From assembly GCA_002269645.1 (NCBI GenBank), contig NIVC01003283.1, positions 40,569-104,568 of the forward strand: a DNA stretch of 64,000 nucleotides, in the 5' to 3' direction. The stretch comes from Macrostomum lignano. Its lineage: Eukaryota. The position numbers were made by a program, and so were the translations under genes. This document shows positions 38,632 to 50,448 of this stretch, one piece after another. Position 1 is the first letter of the stretch. Each line of letters begins with the position of its first letter. The notes beneath the pieces were generated by a model. It worked only from the letters and a program-made list of their open reading frames with translations, ran no database searches and was not told the origin of the DNA.

Positions 38632-41468
38632 TGTTGTTGAGGAACTTTTGTGCTTAGCAGTCAACAGTAACTGTTGAAGAGGTTTAAGTAATTATTGCCG
38701 CGCTGAAAAAAGGATTGTTCTAGTTAAAAATATTTGCATAGAATTCTTAGGAAATAAAAATTTTTTTTCGCAGTGTTGACTGGAAATCAATAGATTATCA
38801 AATGGCAAATTAGTCAGTTTAAACGTGAATTAAAAATGCACGAATATATATATATATAAATATGATATTTCATATTTAACTTACATTTACTCGTATAATA
38901 CCTTATAAATATTTACCTTACGCTGGTAAATTTACATGTACAAGGCTAACTAACAGAGATGGAATTATGACGAGAAAAGGAATTCTATTACCTTTAGCAT
39001 AAATATTTCTGGGCTTTCAAATATAACTTAATTATCTGACAAAAATTAATATAGCAGGTGTAAAATACAGGTAATAATATTAATGGAACAGTGTTACAAG
39101 GCATCTATATAAACACTGAACAATATAATCCAATCAAAAAGTAAAATTTTAAAGGCTAAGGAATCTAATTTTTTGATAAAATTAAGAACCTCTGGATCAA
39201 TTATTGTGCCTTGAGTAGCCTAAATATATAGGCTACTCAAAAATCTTCTAAATCTTTTGAGTTTTAAATTCTAAATTCATAAAAATTAATTGCAACATGA
39301 GGCTGGCTGTTGAGTTGATTGACAACAACACTATTACGAAAGCATTTAATAGTAATATTGTCATTTTCAGAACACTCATTTAGCCATAAGAGTAAGAAAA
39401 GGTGAAACTGTAACACATTGCAATAACTCCAACAACGAGAGAGGACTCTGTGTTTGCTTACTTTTGTTTTTCATTGTAAATTTTTAAGTATTTAATTTTA
39501 AGACGATGCGTGATATTCTCTCTCAAATTTTTTTAAATATAACATTTAGGTTAAGAAGCCGAAGCCAAGGTAATCCAGTTCACGAGTTCAATCCTTTCCA
39601 AAAATCTATCAGAGTTCTGCGTTACTTACAAATAATTTCAATAAAATCCTAAGTTGAATCCGTGCGCATTTTTGTTTACCCTGATTGTCCTAGAGAGCAA
39701 GCAGTATATTAAATTTCGTGATAAACGACTTTGAAGGAATTACTTTCACTGTAAAATTCAATAACTTGTATTTTTTGCCAGAAAATTGGCCTCTAAAAAT
39801 AGCAGTCTTTAGGTTTTACAGCTGTACGTGCTGTTATACATGGCGGAGCGCATGGCAAGTTTATTTTTACGCGTAGATCCCTCAAAAGAGTAAATTGTAA
39901 GAGTACGTCAGAGTTAATCATGCAAGGTAAATTTAGGCCATTGATCCTCGCAGCACTGTAGCGGCACAAGGACGACTAATTATTTATCGTCTTTCTTACT
40001 TACGTTAAGTCCGGTAAGTTAGTTGGTTAGTAAGTAGTCCTAAAGCGGCCAGAATCCGGCATCGGATGGTACCGCAGATATCCCACGTACTGGTGCAGCC
40101 GGTACATGCTATATAGCTTGCTATTAGCTGCATACTAGGACCGATCTGCAGCTCTGGCCAAACTGATCGCCTTCAGCGGAGCGAGGTTGAACTTGAAGTT
40201 ATTTTCTGATGTCTCGCACACAGTCGAACAATATTGCGGATGAATCGCTTAGTTCTTAAGACGCCTTAGTGTATAGCTGTTCACGTCGGTCGAGTACATG
40301 TAAGGCCGGGAAGCGAGGAAGTTGCCGAATTGTTTCAACCCCTTCCAATGGCTACGAGCGTAAAATGCATAATTCAGTGTGAAAATGGATGATAATAAAA
40401 ATAATTAATCCATATAATCATTCCAATGGCTAAATAATCAGAGCAATGTTATTAAGACACTCGATGCATCCTAAACCTGCTGCAGTTTATTCACTTCCAT
40501 GGTTTAAGCATGCAGAACATCGATCGGGGTGCTTTCACAACGTACGTCGAAAACTCGAATAGCAGCTACTTTTACATCTGCAGTTCGAAACTTCGTAAGC
40601 TCGAAATTTTACAACTCCGAAAACTGAATACGCTCGTATAGCAACAAACCATGCAGTTTTCGGTGAAATTTTACTCAACAACATTACTTATCATTACTTA
40701 ATTTTATCAACAAGCTAACAAGAAACTGACAGTGAGCTCTGCATTGGAGTGTGATGTACGGACTGGTGTAATAGACATGCTTTTTTACATGCCAGGATCA
40801 TTTCAGGAAAATCACATTTGATTGTGATGTACATGTAACCTGGGGAATGATAACTCAGAGCTATGGCCCGAGGTACTGATGCCAGGGTAGAAGGGGATCA
40901 GACCTCACCCTCCCCAGGGGCACCCACCCTAGATGGAGAACTGGTGGCTTGGGTTGTGGTCCGATAGCAAGGTCCGACTGTTCTAATCCCAACTACGGCC
41001 CATGAGTTTTGAAGATAGGGACTGCTTAAAGTACATGTAGTTCTGCCATCACCCCTAATAATAATTACATTACAGAATAATAATTACATTAATACATCTG
41101 AAATCTCCTTACGATCTGCCAGCAGCTTCAGTTTTGTATCCCTGCAGTCCTAGCCTTCTCACTAGCCTGTATGCTTAAAAGATTAATAAATTAAAGCAGG
41201 ATAACTGGGTTATGATTTTCATCTGATAGTTAAGTAGCTCAGCTGCAGATACTACAATACTACTCGAGAATGAATGATTGAATTGTTGCAAAGCGGGATC
41301 GGGATCCCGATGGTCAATCCCGGGATTTTCGAATCTCGGACAAGTGTGATCCCGGGATTTAGGCCTAATCCCGAGATCCCGGGATTGTATTCACTATAGG
41401 TAGATTGTGTATATGGTTTTGGAAGTAGACAATGATTAATTTTTCACAAGTGGCGAAGTGGCGAAGCC

Positions 41469-41992
41469 AACCATTGCATGAAATTAGACACAACTAACCA
41501 TTGCATGAAATTAGACACAACTAACCATTGCATGAAATTAGACACAACTAACCATTGCATGAAATTAGACACAACTAACCATTGCATGAAATTAGACACA
41601 ACTAACCATTGCATGAATTAGACACAACTAACCATTGCATGAATTAGACACAACTAAACCATTGCATGAAATTAGACACAACTAACCATTGCATGAAATT
41701 AGACACAACTAACCATTGCATGAATTAGACACAACTAACCATTGCATGAATTAGACACAACTAAACCATTGCATGAAATTAGACACAACTAACCATTGCA
41801 TGAAATTAGACACAACTAACCATTGCATGAAATTAGACACAACTAACCATTGCATGAATTAGACACAACTAACCATTGCATGAATTAGACACAACTAAAC
41901 CATTGCATGAAATTAGACACAACTAACCATTGCATGAAATTAGACACAACTAACCATTGCATGAAATTAGACACAACTAACCATTGCATGAA
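41469..41992 (+). repeat. 27-bp minisatellite, about 19 copies
   Basis: Unit aaccattgcatgaaattagacacaact. Confidence 0.97.
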
Positions 41993-44004
41993 ACGACTCT
42001 AACCAATAAGCGGTCTTGTGCCATTGTAACATGATTTAAATGTGTAAAAGCGTGCTTAAATGGCTCGTGATCGCGTATTGGCTATAGAGTCATTTAACGC
42101 ACGAGATATATATGTTGTGATTACAATGCTGGTTCTTCTTGCTATGTTATGGCCACATACGAGTATGGCCACATGTCTATGGCCACTCGTACGCTCTACC
42201 TATTCGCCTTATCTATTTGATCCCAAGTGTTAAAACTTGTGGAGATTATCAGTAGCTTATATCTCCTACCATAGACAGCGGAATTCTTCTTTTGGTATCG
42301 GTGCATTATAACATCTATATCCGTTGATCTCCGCTCCCTGTACAGATCCATCGCGGCTCACAGGCCGTGAATCCCATTAAAATATTGCACTTAAATTCAG
42401 AGATACTCTATGGCACAAACTCCAAAGAACTGAACCTCCTCGTTTCAGTGTATTATATATTTAAAACCACTTCGCGCCCAAGCTTGGTTCTGTAAGATGG
42501 CTTAAAAGCCCAAAGGCCTGCAGAGCAGTCCATAGACAAATTTGTCTTTTTTGCTGAATCGAGTGCACACCCTAGAAGCCCAGAAGTAAAGTATATTGTA
42601 GTGTTACTCCTTCTCGGGTTCTTTAAGATGTTCCTAGCAAATAGAACCCGCTGCTCCTGAAGAAGCTAGATAGCACCGCAGTACTACCTATCGATTTGCC
42701 TGAAAATGAACCTAAAACGTTAGCCGTGACTTGGTAGGGTTGCTGCCACCTTGGTGTGCGGACTCGACGCGTCGGCAGAGTTGTCTATCCGTCACCTGAA
42801 AGAAAAATAACAAAGTCGCTCGGAGCAAAGCCAAATCTGAAAAATGTCTCGACAGTCGATCGTCTTAGTAGAATGCTGCTCGAACCTGAAAACCTGAAAA
42901 CCTGAAATGAGAGAGAAGAGCTCGGAGGCAGAGGCAGCTCCAATCGAGGAAGCTCCCGAACGCGGCTCACGATCTGGAGAAAATGGCTCGCAGATGCTCC
43001 GTATTTATAGCCGAGCGGACCCCCAAAAGTCACGTGAGTTTCATGCGGTGAGCGCGTGAAACTTCCTTATTTGGTTACTAAAATCATGCGAGCGACGCGT
43101 GATTCAAGGCCAACTTCCAAATAAGGCAACCCTGCACGCAGCAGTGGCGTGACTCAAGGTCAGTGGCCACGCTCCAGCTAAGAAGACAGTATTTTGCTGC
43201 AGCCAATGTCCCGGAAATCCTGGTCTCTGTCCAGATCCATGCTAATTCATCCACGCTTTAATTCCCCTTTAACATTTCCCATTTGAGTGAAAACACAATG
43301 GAAATGCATAATGGACGTCTTTAAATCAGTCATGGCCTGCACAGCAGGCCATACTGGGCACTTGCTTTAGTGATTGGGATATGGTTTTTGATGCCATAGA
43401 CATTTTTCAATCTCTGGGTTTCTGGGCCGTTTCGGTATGGCCTGCAGTGCAGGCCTTTGGCTTCCAAATGGTTAAGCACTCAAAACCACAGATTTATACC
43501 TAAGGTATATTAATACCCATGCTGCAAGAATGAAAACGAGAAGTTGGGGTGTGAGGGGCGAGCCCCCCACATTCCAACCATAGACATTTCCACTTCAATG
43601 TAGGCTTAAATGTACGGTATTAAAGGGATGAATTAAGTCGCAGGCAAAAAGGTCATATAGAATCTGTGCTCAAAACCGACTATTCAACTCCTCAGTTGAG
43701 CACGCTTTTGACGTTTAATGCACGCTTTTTCATATTTGAATTGTGTTACAATGGACGTTTCGGGCACGCTTTTCTCCGCCAATGCGTTGTCTAATTATAT
43801 TTGATGGTTGGACTGCGTCAACAAACGCTCGAATGGCGCTATTTGATCAATCTGTCATCAAGCAAGCAAATGCAAATGCATGCATTATATTTTCATGGCT
43901 AGTCAGGCTGCTTCAATTCAGTCTAGTCAGCCTTGTTTTTGTAAGGGACTTTAACTCAAACAACTTCGCTACTCGGACCGGAAAAACGTGACAACTTATT
44001 GCCC

Positions 44005-44010
44005 TATAAA
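44005..44010 (+). promoter_or_regulatory. Candidate TATA box of the Glu/Lys/His-rich gene
   Basis: cccTATAAAt lies 79 nt upstream of the ATG at 44089. Confidence 0.5.
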
Positions 44011-44088
44011 TTTGCAGACCTCGTCTCCGACTCTGGTGACTTTCGCCGACGACGATTCACATACTCGACGACTCGCTCAATAGCAACC

Positions 44089-45279
44089 ATGAAGTGGCAG
44101 CTCGCTCTCGGATTTTTGCTGTGCGCAGCCCTGGCTGCCCAGGCCGCAAACTCCGGCAATCGTGAACAAGCTCAGGAGCACGAAAAGGAGCACGAGGAGA
44201 AGAGGGAGCTCGAGAAGGAGCGCGAAAAGGCGCACGAGGAGAAGAGGGAGCTCGAGAAGGAGCACGAAAAGGAGCGCGAGGAGCGCGAGGAACTCGAGAA
44301 GGAGCGCGAAAAGCAAGACGACGAGCACGAGGAGGTCGACCAGGAGCGCGAAGAGCTCGAAAAGGAGCGCGAAAAGGCGCACGAGGAGAAGAGGGAGCTC
44401 GAGAAGGAGCGTGAAAAGGAGCACGAGGAGCGCGAGGAGCTCGACAAGGAGCGCGAAAAGCAAGACGAGGAGCGTGAGGAGCTCGACAAGGAGCGCGAAA
44501 AGCAGGACGAGGAGCGCGAAGAACTCGACAAGGAGCGCGAAAAGGAGCACAAGGAGCGCGAAGAGGAGGACGAAGAAGAGCACAAGGACCACAAAGAAAA
44601 GCACAAAGAGCACGAGGAGCACGAGGAGCACGAGGAGCACGAGGAGCACGAGGAGCACGAGAAGCACAAGGTGAAGAAGGAGCTCGAGAAGGCTGAGGAG
44701 GAGCACGAGAAGCACAAGGTGAAGAAGGAGCTCGAGAAGGCTGAGAAGGAGCACGAGAAGCACAAGTTGAAGAAGGTGCTCGAGAAGGCTGAGGAGGAGC
44801 ACGAGAAGCACAAGGTGAAGAAGGAGCTCGAGAAGGCTGAGAAGGAGCACGAGAAGCACAAGTTGAAGAAGGTGCTCGAGAAGGCTGAGGAGGAGCACGA
44901 GAAGCACAAGGTGAAGAAGGAGCTCGAGAAGGCTGAGAAGGAGCACGAGAAGCACAAGTTGAAGAAGGTGCTCGAGAAGGCTGAGGAGGAGCACAAGGAG
45001 CGCAAGGAGCAGAGGGAGCTCGAGAAGGCCGAGAAGGCCGAGAAGGCCGAGAAGGAGCACAAGGAGCGCAAGGAGCAGAGGGAGCTCGAGAAGGCCGAGA
45101 AGGCCGAGAAGGCCGAGAAGGAGCACAAGGAGCGCAAGGAGCAGAGGGAGCTCGAGAAGGCCGAGAAGGAGCACGAGGAGCACAAGGAGGAGGTAGAAAA
45201 GCGCGATGCTATGCTGGAGGCTCTGGCCAACCTGGACAGTTTCAACATGCTGGAGGAGAGGGCCGAGAACCTCAACTAG
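44089..45279 (+). CDS. Intronless secreted Glu/Lys/His/Arg-rich low-complexity helical protein, 396 aa
   Basis: ATG in a good context (gcaaccATGa) and a signal-peptide-like N-terminus MKWQLALGFLLCAALAAQA. G/C-ending codons run throughout. The repeats are imperfect but stay in frame, and the C-terminus is unique (KRDAMLEALANLDSFNMLEERAENLN). A TATA lies upstream and AATAAA is at 45494-45499. Confidence 0.88.
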   Translation: MKWQLALGFLLCAALAAQAANSGNREQAQEHEKEHEEKRELEKEREKAHEEKRELEKEHEKEREEREELEKEREKQDDEHEEVDQEREELEKEREKAHEEKRELEKEREKEHEEREELDKEREKQDEEREELDKEREKQDEEREELDKEREKEHKEREEEDEEEHKDHKEKHKEHEEHEEHEEHEEHEEHEKHKVKKELEKAEEEHEKHKVKKELEKAEKEHEKHKLKKVLEKAEEEHEKHKVKKELEKAEKEHEKHKLKKVLEKAEEEHEKHKVKKELEKAEKEHEKHKLKKVLEKAEEEHKERKEQRELEKAEKAEKAEKEHKERKEQRELEKAEKAEKAEKEHKERKEQRELEKAEKEHEEHKEEVEKRDAMLEALANLDSFNMLEERAENLN

Positions 45280-45957
45280 AATTTCATCAATTTTGGGGTT
45301 GGTTAGATCGGTCTGCAGTGCAGCTGAGACAGAACGAGCGAAATCGCTCCATTGAAGATTGAGGACCGGCCGTACACCGAAAGCCAACTGTTTGTAACTC
45401 TGTTTCCCACATTCATTGCTGAGTGACTTACAAATACTTGAGTGTTCTCGTTTGAAACTACAACAACTTTGATTTCCTGATCAGTTAACACCAAATAAAA
45501 TACTAAAGTGCCCTTAATCTATCGAGTTTGGTTATTCTTCATTTAGAAATTTTGAATTCAGAATTAAAAAGCACAGATTGTAGCTATATAAAATTAAATA
45601 TGATGACTTATAGTAGCACGAAGGTGCCTGAAGTTGAGTCAGAACATTGGGTCATGGGTCAAGACTAAATCAATTTAAATTACATTACAGACACGTACCA
45701 CCGGAAATCACCTGAACTAGACGCTCTACATGCATATGGTCCATAGCATATAGATCTCTGGATTAGAGTAGGAACCCCTACACTTGCAAATCGATAAAAC
45801 TTCTCGTTTGTTGATGAAAACTTTCAGCTCGAACAAGGCGCACACTTAATTGTCCATTGCACTAGGCTTCATTACATTGTGAGCTCGATACATATTGTAG
45901 ACACTAAAAATGGTCTGTGACCAGCATAGTTACAGAGAATACTAAATAATTTTCTTG

Positions 45958-46355
45958 GGCTGCCTTTCGTTCTGTGAGGGCAGTCCTGCAGTCCAAGGCT
46001 GTCAGAAAACCGTCCTGCTGTACAACGCTGAGACCTGGATAGCTGACGTGCTCGCTCGAGCAACAAGTAGGCGCGGCTCGACGCCTTCAAGCTCGACGAC
46101 GAGCGGGTCTCCAATGCGACACTGAATAGCGGCGCCGGCCTGATTCATCGAAGCGACCTGTTGAGCCGTCGGCGACTCCAGCTGGCAGGCCACATCATCC
46201 GCGCCGAGTCGTGGTGCTCACAGCCGGTGGCACCCTACCGGCGGGGGCAGGCGCGCACTCGGCGTTTCGTCGATTGCCTGCTGGCTGACGCTGGCGCCCT
46301 TCTTCGGTCAGCGGCGTAGGCTTCGTTCGCGGGCTGGCCCAGAAGCGCGCCCTAG
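45958..46355 (+). mobile_element. Degenerate 3' fragment of an RTE-type non-LTR retrotransposon ORF (post-RT region)
   Basis: Pieces translate to AFRSVRAVLQSKA, TVLLYNAETW, RRRLQLAGHIIRAE and RRGQARTRRFVDCLLAD, typical of RTE-clade C-termini. The fragment is frameshifted and internally deleted. Confidence 0.8.
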
Positions 46356-46924
46356 CTGTGACGCTGACTTCCAAAGACCCTGACAGCGTATTTTGTTGTT
46401 TGGGTTGTAAATACCAGCGTATTTAAATACTCAAATATAATCGTTTTCTGTTGGAGCATCATAATTCCTACAGCTTAATCCAGATTTCAACAATTTCTTC
46501 CAGATGTTTTACTAGCTCGGTAAGTCAAATTTTAAGCACCAGAAAGAAGCGTACTAGATTTTAATGCCTAGATGAGTTCAAAGACGGGACATTCCCGCGG
46601 TCCATCGCCTGAGCTTGCACGTGAGCTAAATTTGAGTCGGACCTTGCTTCTCAGTAAATAGCGTGAGTAATTAATTGGCTTGTTAGCTGACAGGCTGGAC
46701 AATCAAATTCAAGCGCCGCTCGATTTTTCTCAGCGCAAGTGTATTCAATTTACTGCACTCTCCCATCTGATTGTTTGCCAAGATGCGAGCCGTGGAGTGC
46801 TAGAGCAGATGGGAGTTCTCGGACTCCATAATGTGTGCGTGCGTTCTTGAGTAAGCTGGAAAGCATGGAAAAAGCATTAGCAAGGCAACGTCTCTTACTG
46901 TTGAATCTGCCAGCGCCATCCCTC

Positions 46925-47310
46925 ACCCACCCCTCCCTCACCCGCCCTCTCTCACCCGCCTCTCCCTCGACCGCCCCTCCCTAACCCGCCCCTCCCTCAC
47001 CCGCCCCTCCCTAACCCGCCCCTCCCTTATCCGCCCCTCCCTGATCCGCCTTTCCCTCATCCGCTCCTCTTCACCAGCCCCCCATGATCCGCGCCTCTCT
47101 GATTCGCGGCTCTGATCCGCCCTCCCTGATCCACCCTCCCTGATCCGCCCTCCCTGATCCGCCCTCCCTGATCCGCCCTCCCTGATCCGCCCTCCCTGAT
47201 CCGCCCTCCCTGATCCGCCCTCCCTGATCCGCCCTCCCTGATCCGCCCTCCCTGATCCGCCCTCCCTGATCCGCCCTCCCTGATCCGCCCTCCCTAATCC
47301 TTCTTCCCTA
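46925..47310 (+). repeat. 14-bp C-rich minisatellite with a degenerate left half
   Basis: Unit ccgccctccctgat. Confidence 0.93.
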
Positions 47311-48132
47311 ATCGACTCTCAAATGTTTTTGAGCTTTTTAAAATTGAAATTTCGGACTAAAAACAGGTTAGTACTGAAATATGATTTAGTACCGTTTACT
47401 ACTAACAGTAGATTGATGAAAAGAAAAATAAGAAAATAATTTGACGAATAAAGCAAAATTAGTTCAGCTCTGCCACAAAGTGTGAGGTGGCAGCCAGCTA
47501 CAGCACGGAGATAGTTGATGATAGTTCAGATCGGATTAGGCCCAATAAATATCCCACATGTGATTTGTTCTTACAAAGAGAAAAGTCTGCTTGATTTCAT
47601 TGCGTTTCCAATGCTACAGCTTGGAAATAAGCACTGTTAACATACCCAATGACTGAATAGCATTCTTATTGCACAAGCAAACAAGAAATATTGCTACAAT
47701 CCAAACAATTATTATCGGTTGCAGCTGCCCAGCCTGAGATGAATACAGCAGGTAAGCATTGTGGCATCGGTATTAAGTGCCAGATGTAGACGAACGCTTC
47801 CACCCCAAACTAAGCTCTCACATATTGCTACCTTTAGATAAATGAGAAACTTCTCCTAGCTACTGCCATCAGCTGGATTCCGATTTTCCCACGAGCTTGG
47901 CGATTGTCCTGCAACTGCAGTCGTGAAAATCCTCAGGGGAAATCTGTGCCGGAATAAGCAATCGGGATTCCAGTAGCCAAAGGCGGAGACAGTTAAAACT
48001 GATACACGCAACAGGGACCCGATTGAATTGCCGCTTCTCCCTTCGTTTCACTGAATTATTAATTAGTTTTTCAACTAATTGAGACAAGCCCAGGCGACCT
48101 AGGACAGGTGCCTGGAGTGGCAGTTCCCATTG

Positions 48133-50368
48133 TCAGGCAGGTGCAGGCGAGGCAATTTTTTGCCAAATGTTTTGGCGCAAAGTCACCACTGGGGGCGTAG
48201 TTATACCATAGACAAGTGTCTAATGAACATTCACCCATTCTTGCAATGGTGTCTGTGGCATTCACCCATTCTTGCAATGGTGTCTGTGTCATTCACCCAT
48301 TCTTGCAATGGTGTCCGTGGCATTCACCCATTCTTGCAATGGTGTCTGTGGCATTCACCCATTCTTACAATGGTGTCTAATGAACATTCACCCATTCTTG
48401 CAATGGTGTCCGTGGCATTCACCCATTCTTGCAATGGTGTCTGTGGCATTCACCCATTCTTGCAATGGTGTCTGTGGCATTCACCCATTCTTGCAATGGT
48501 GTCTGTGGCATTCACCCATTCTTGCAATGGTGTCTAATGAACATTCACCCATTCTTGCAATGGTGTCTAATGAACATTCACCCATTCTTGCAATGGTGTC
48601 CGTGGCATTCACCCATTCTTGCAATGGTGTCTGTGGCATTCACCCATTCTTGCAATGGTGTCTGTGTCATTCACCCATTCTTGCAATGGTGTCCGTGGCA
48701 TTCACCCATTCTTGCAATGGTGTCTGTGGCATTCACCCATTCTTGCAATGGTGTCTGTGGCATTCACCCATTCTTGCAATGGTGTCTGTGGCATTCACCC
48801 ATTCTTGCAATGGTGTCCGTGGCATTCACCCATTCTTGCAATGGTGTCCGTGGCATTCACCCATTCTTGCAATGGTTATTTCAGCCAGTTCTGAAGGCCG
48901 TTGCTCATGATCGGAACCACCAATTTGGCAAAAGTGACTTCAATTTTGGCCAGCCCATCGACAAAACGTTAATTTACCTTTCGGCAATGTCTATGGTAAC
49001 TGTGGCAGAATCAGATAAAAGCCTAAAACAATCACTGTTACTGATTCAATGATCTAAATTTCATTGATGAAGTCACTGAAAAAAACATTTTCTTTTGTCC
49101 TCACGTTGCTTCAAAGCAACGCTAGCTTCAGTGACAAATCTGTGAATGATCGCCTCGGCCTTGGTTCTCTTCATGTCAGTCGTCTCCAGTCTCTTCTTTC
49201 TTGGATGCTGCGCATCAATCCGTTCTCCATCCTTCAGACCGCCACTCCAGGCCTCTGGTCCTGGGCCTCCTTGGACAAGCGCAGGGTTGGTTTGAATTTT
49301 TAATTAGCCGAGCGGCTCGGTGTGAGATGACAAACGAATTCTGTCACGAGAGAATTTCAAAAAACAGAAATCTAGTTCAAAATCTTTTTGCTTCATTGAA
49401 TTGTCTTGAAATGACGGAATTTGCTTCCAAGAGTTGGAAACTGACCGGATTAAAGGGGTGATTGTTATTTTGATCTGAGTCGGGATGCAGTAAGAGTGGG
49501 GATCTATAGAGATTAATGATTCCGGGATCCACTAGGATTTAGCATCAGTAATCAAATAGAAATAGAGTCTATATCAATTAGGATCCGTTAGGATTAGAGT
49601 GGTTAGGCATTAAGATTGGAGTTGGGACTCATTAAGAGTATAATACTGGTTTCAACTTTTATTGCGAACTATTGTATCAATAACTTCTATTGTATCCAGT
49701 AAGTTCCTATTTTAGCTTTTACTAGCATACTATATTCAGATGATAAATCTTCATTGCGAGATACTAGCTCGTATAAATATGAATTCACACTCTTAATTGT
49801 TTTATAGTGACAAGAGTACCTGACTTCGACAGTAACGGTGTCACAGTGTATTACATCACGCTTGTATCAATTCAATACGTAGACGGCAGCGCCAAATTAA
49901 ATTGCCTTCTTTGAGGAAAGAGATGATGATTTTTTGGACAGCTACAAGTTGAATTTGTGCCGGTTAAACGTTTCAAACATCTCTGTCTTCTAAGCTGTTT
50001 CGTTCGACATTTCTAATATATAAACAAAGTAATAATGTATACCTACAAACAATGCATTGCTACGCAGGATACCAGAAATGAAAGCGAAAATGCAGTTAAA
50101 TGATTATATTCTAACACTTCATACCATCTTGAAAGTACGGGTACAATGTAAAACCACATTTGCAAGCCATAGGGTTTAAAAACATAGCTTACTTGCTGCG
50201 ACAATTTCTTAATCTAGCGTAGGTTCTTTTACCCCTTTTAGTCCAATCAGGAGCTTTGGAAGCGATATTTGCGATTGGTTCGACTACTACCTGAGCAGCG
50301 AGTTGAAGTTCGCTGACAGACTCACCTAAGTTGAGAAGCAGTTTACTAACTGTTAACTCCTGGCACAT
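48133..50368 (-). CDS. Tentative small 5-exon gene of unknown function (about 120 aa). Exons 50368-50326, 49269-49105, 48999-48978, 48937-48861, 48188-48133.
   Basis: Phase-consistent GT-AG joins give MCQELTVSKLLLNLGGPGPEAWSGG...KKRLETTDMKRTKAEAIIHRFVTEASVALKQ... Exon 2 is GC-rich with a GTGAG donor, and a minisatellite starts exactly at the exon 4 donor. No homology was recognised, and splice sites were hand-picked. Confidence 0.35.
48215..48875 (+). repeat. 31-bp minisatellite, about 21 copies
   Basis: Unit ggcattcacccattcttgcaatggtgtctgt. Confidence 0.97.
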
Positions 50369-50448
50369 TGTGGCAGCGCTTAAACGGCGAGCATCTCGAA
50401 ATTCGTCTGGAACCGCTTGGAGCTCGCGAATTTTAGCAGCTGCCCATC

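Noticed and set aside
40027-40380. 118-codon minus-strand frame with only two internal stops (possible pseudogene)
   Set aside because: No recognisable homology, and two stops in 118 codons is not clearly below chance at this GC content.
40940-41095. B-box-like gttctaatcc followed by a (TAA)-rich tail (possible second SINE)
   Set aside because: The A box and boundaries are unclear, and there is no second copy in the window for comparison.
41295-41397. ATCCCGGGAT palindrome cluster ending gggattgtattcacta, like one end of a TIR element
   Set aside because: No partner end or TSD was found in the window.
44077-45387. 436-aa and 367-aa antisense ORFs (Leu-rich and Ser-rich)
   Set aside because: These are shadows of the GAG/AAG/CAC-rich sense gene, whose reverse complement lacks stops.
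48205-48997. 10-bp inverted repeat accatagaca / tgtctatggt around the 31-bp array
   Set aside because: Too short, with only a TA flank, and the ccatagac motif occurs several times elsewhere in the window.
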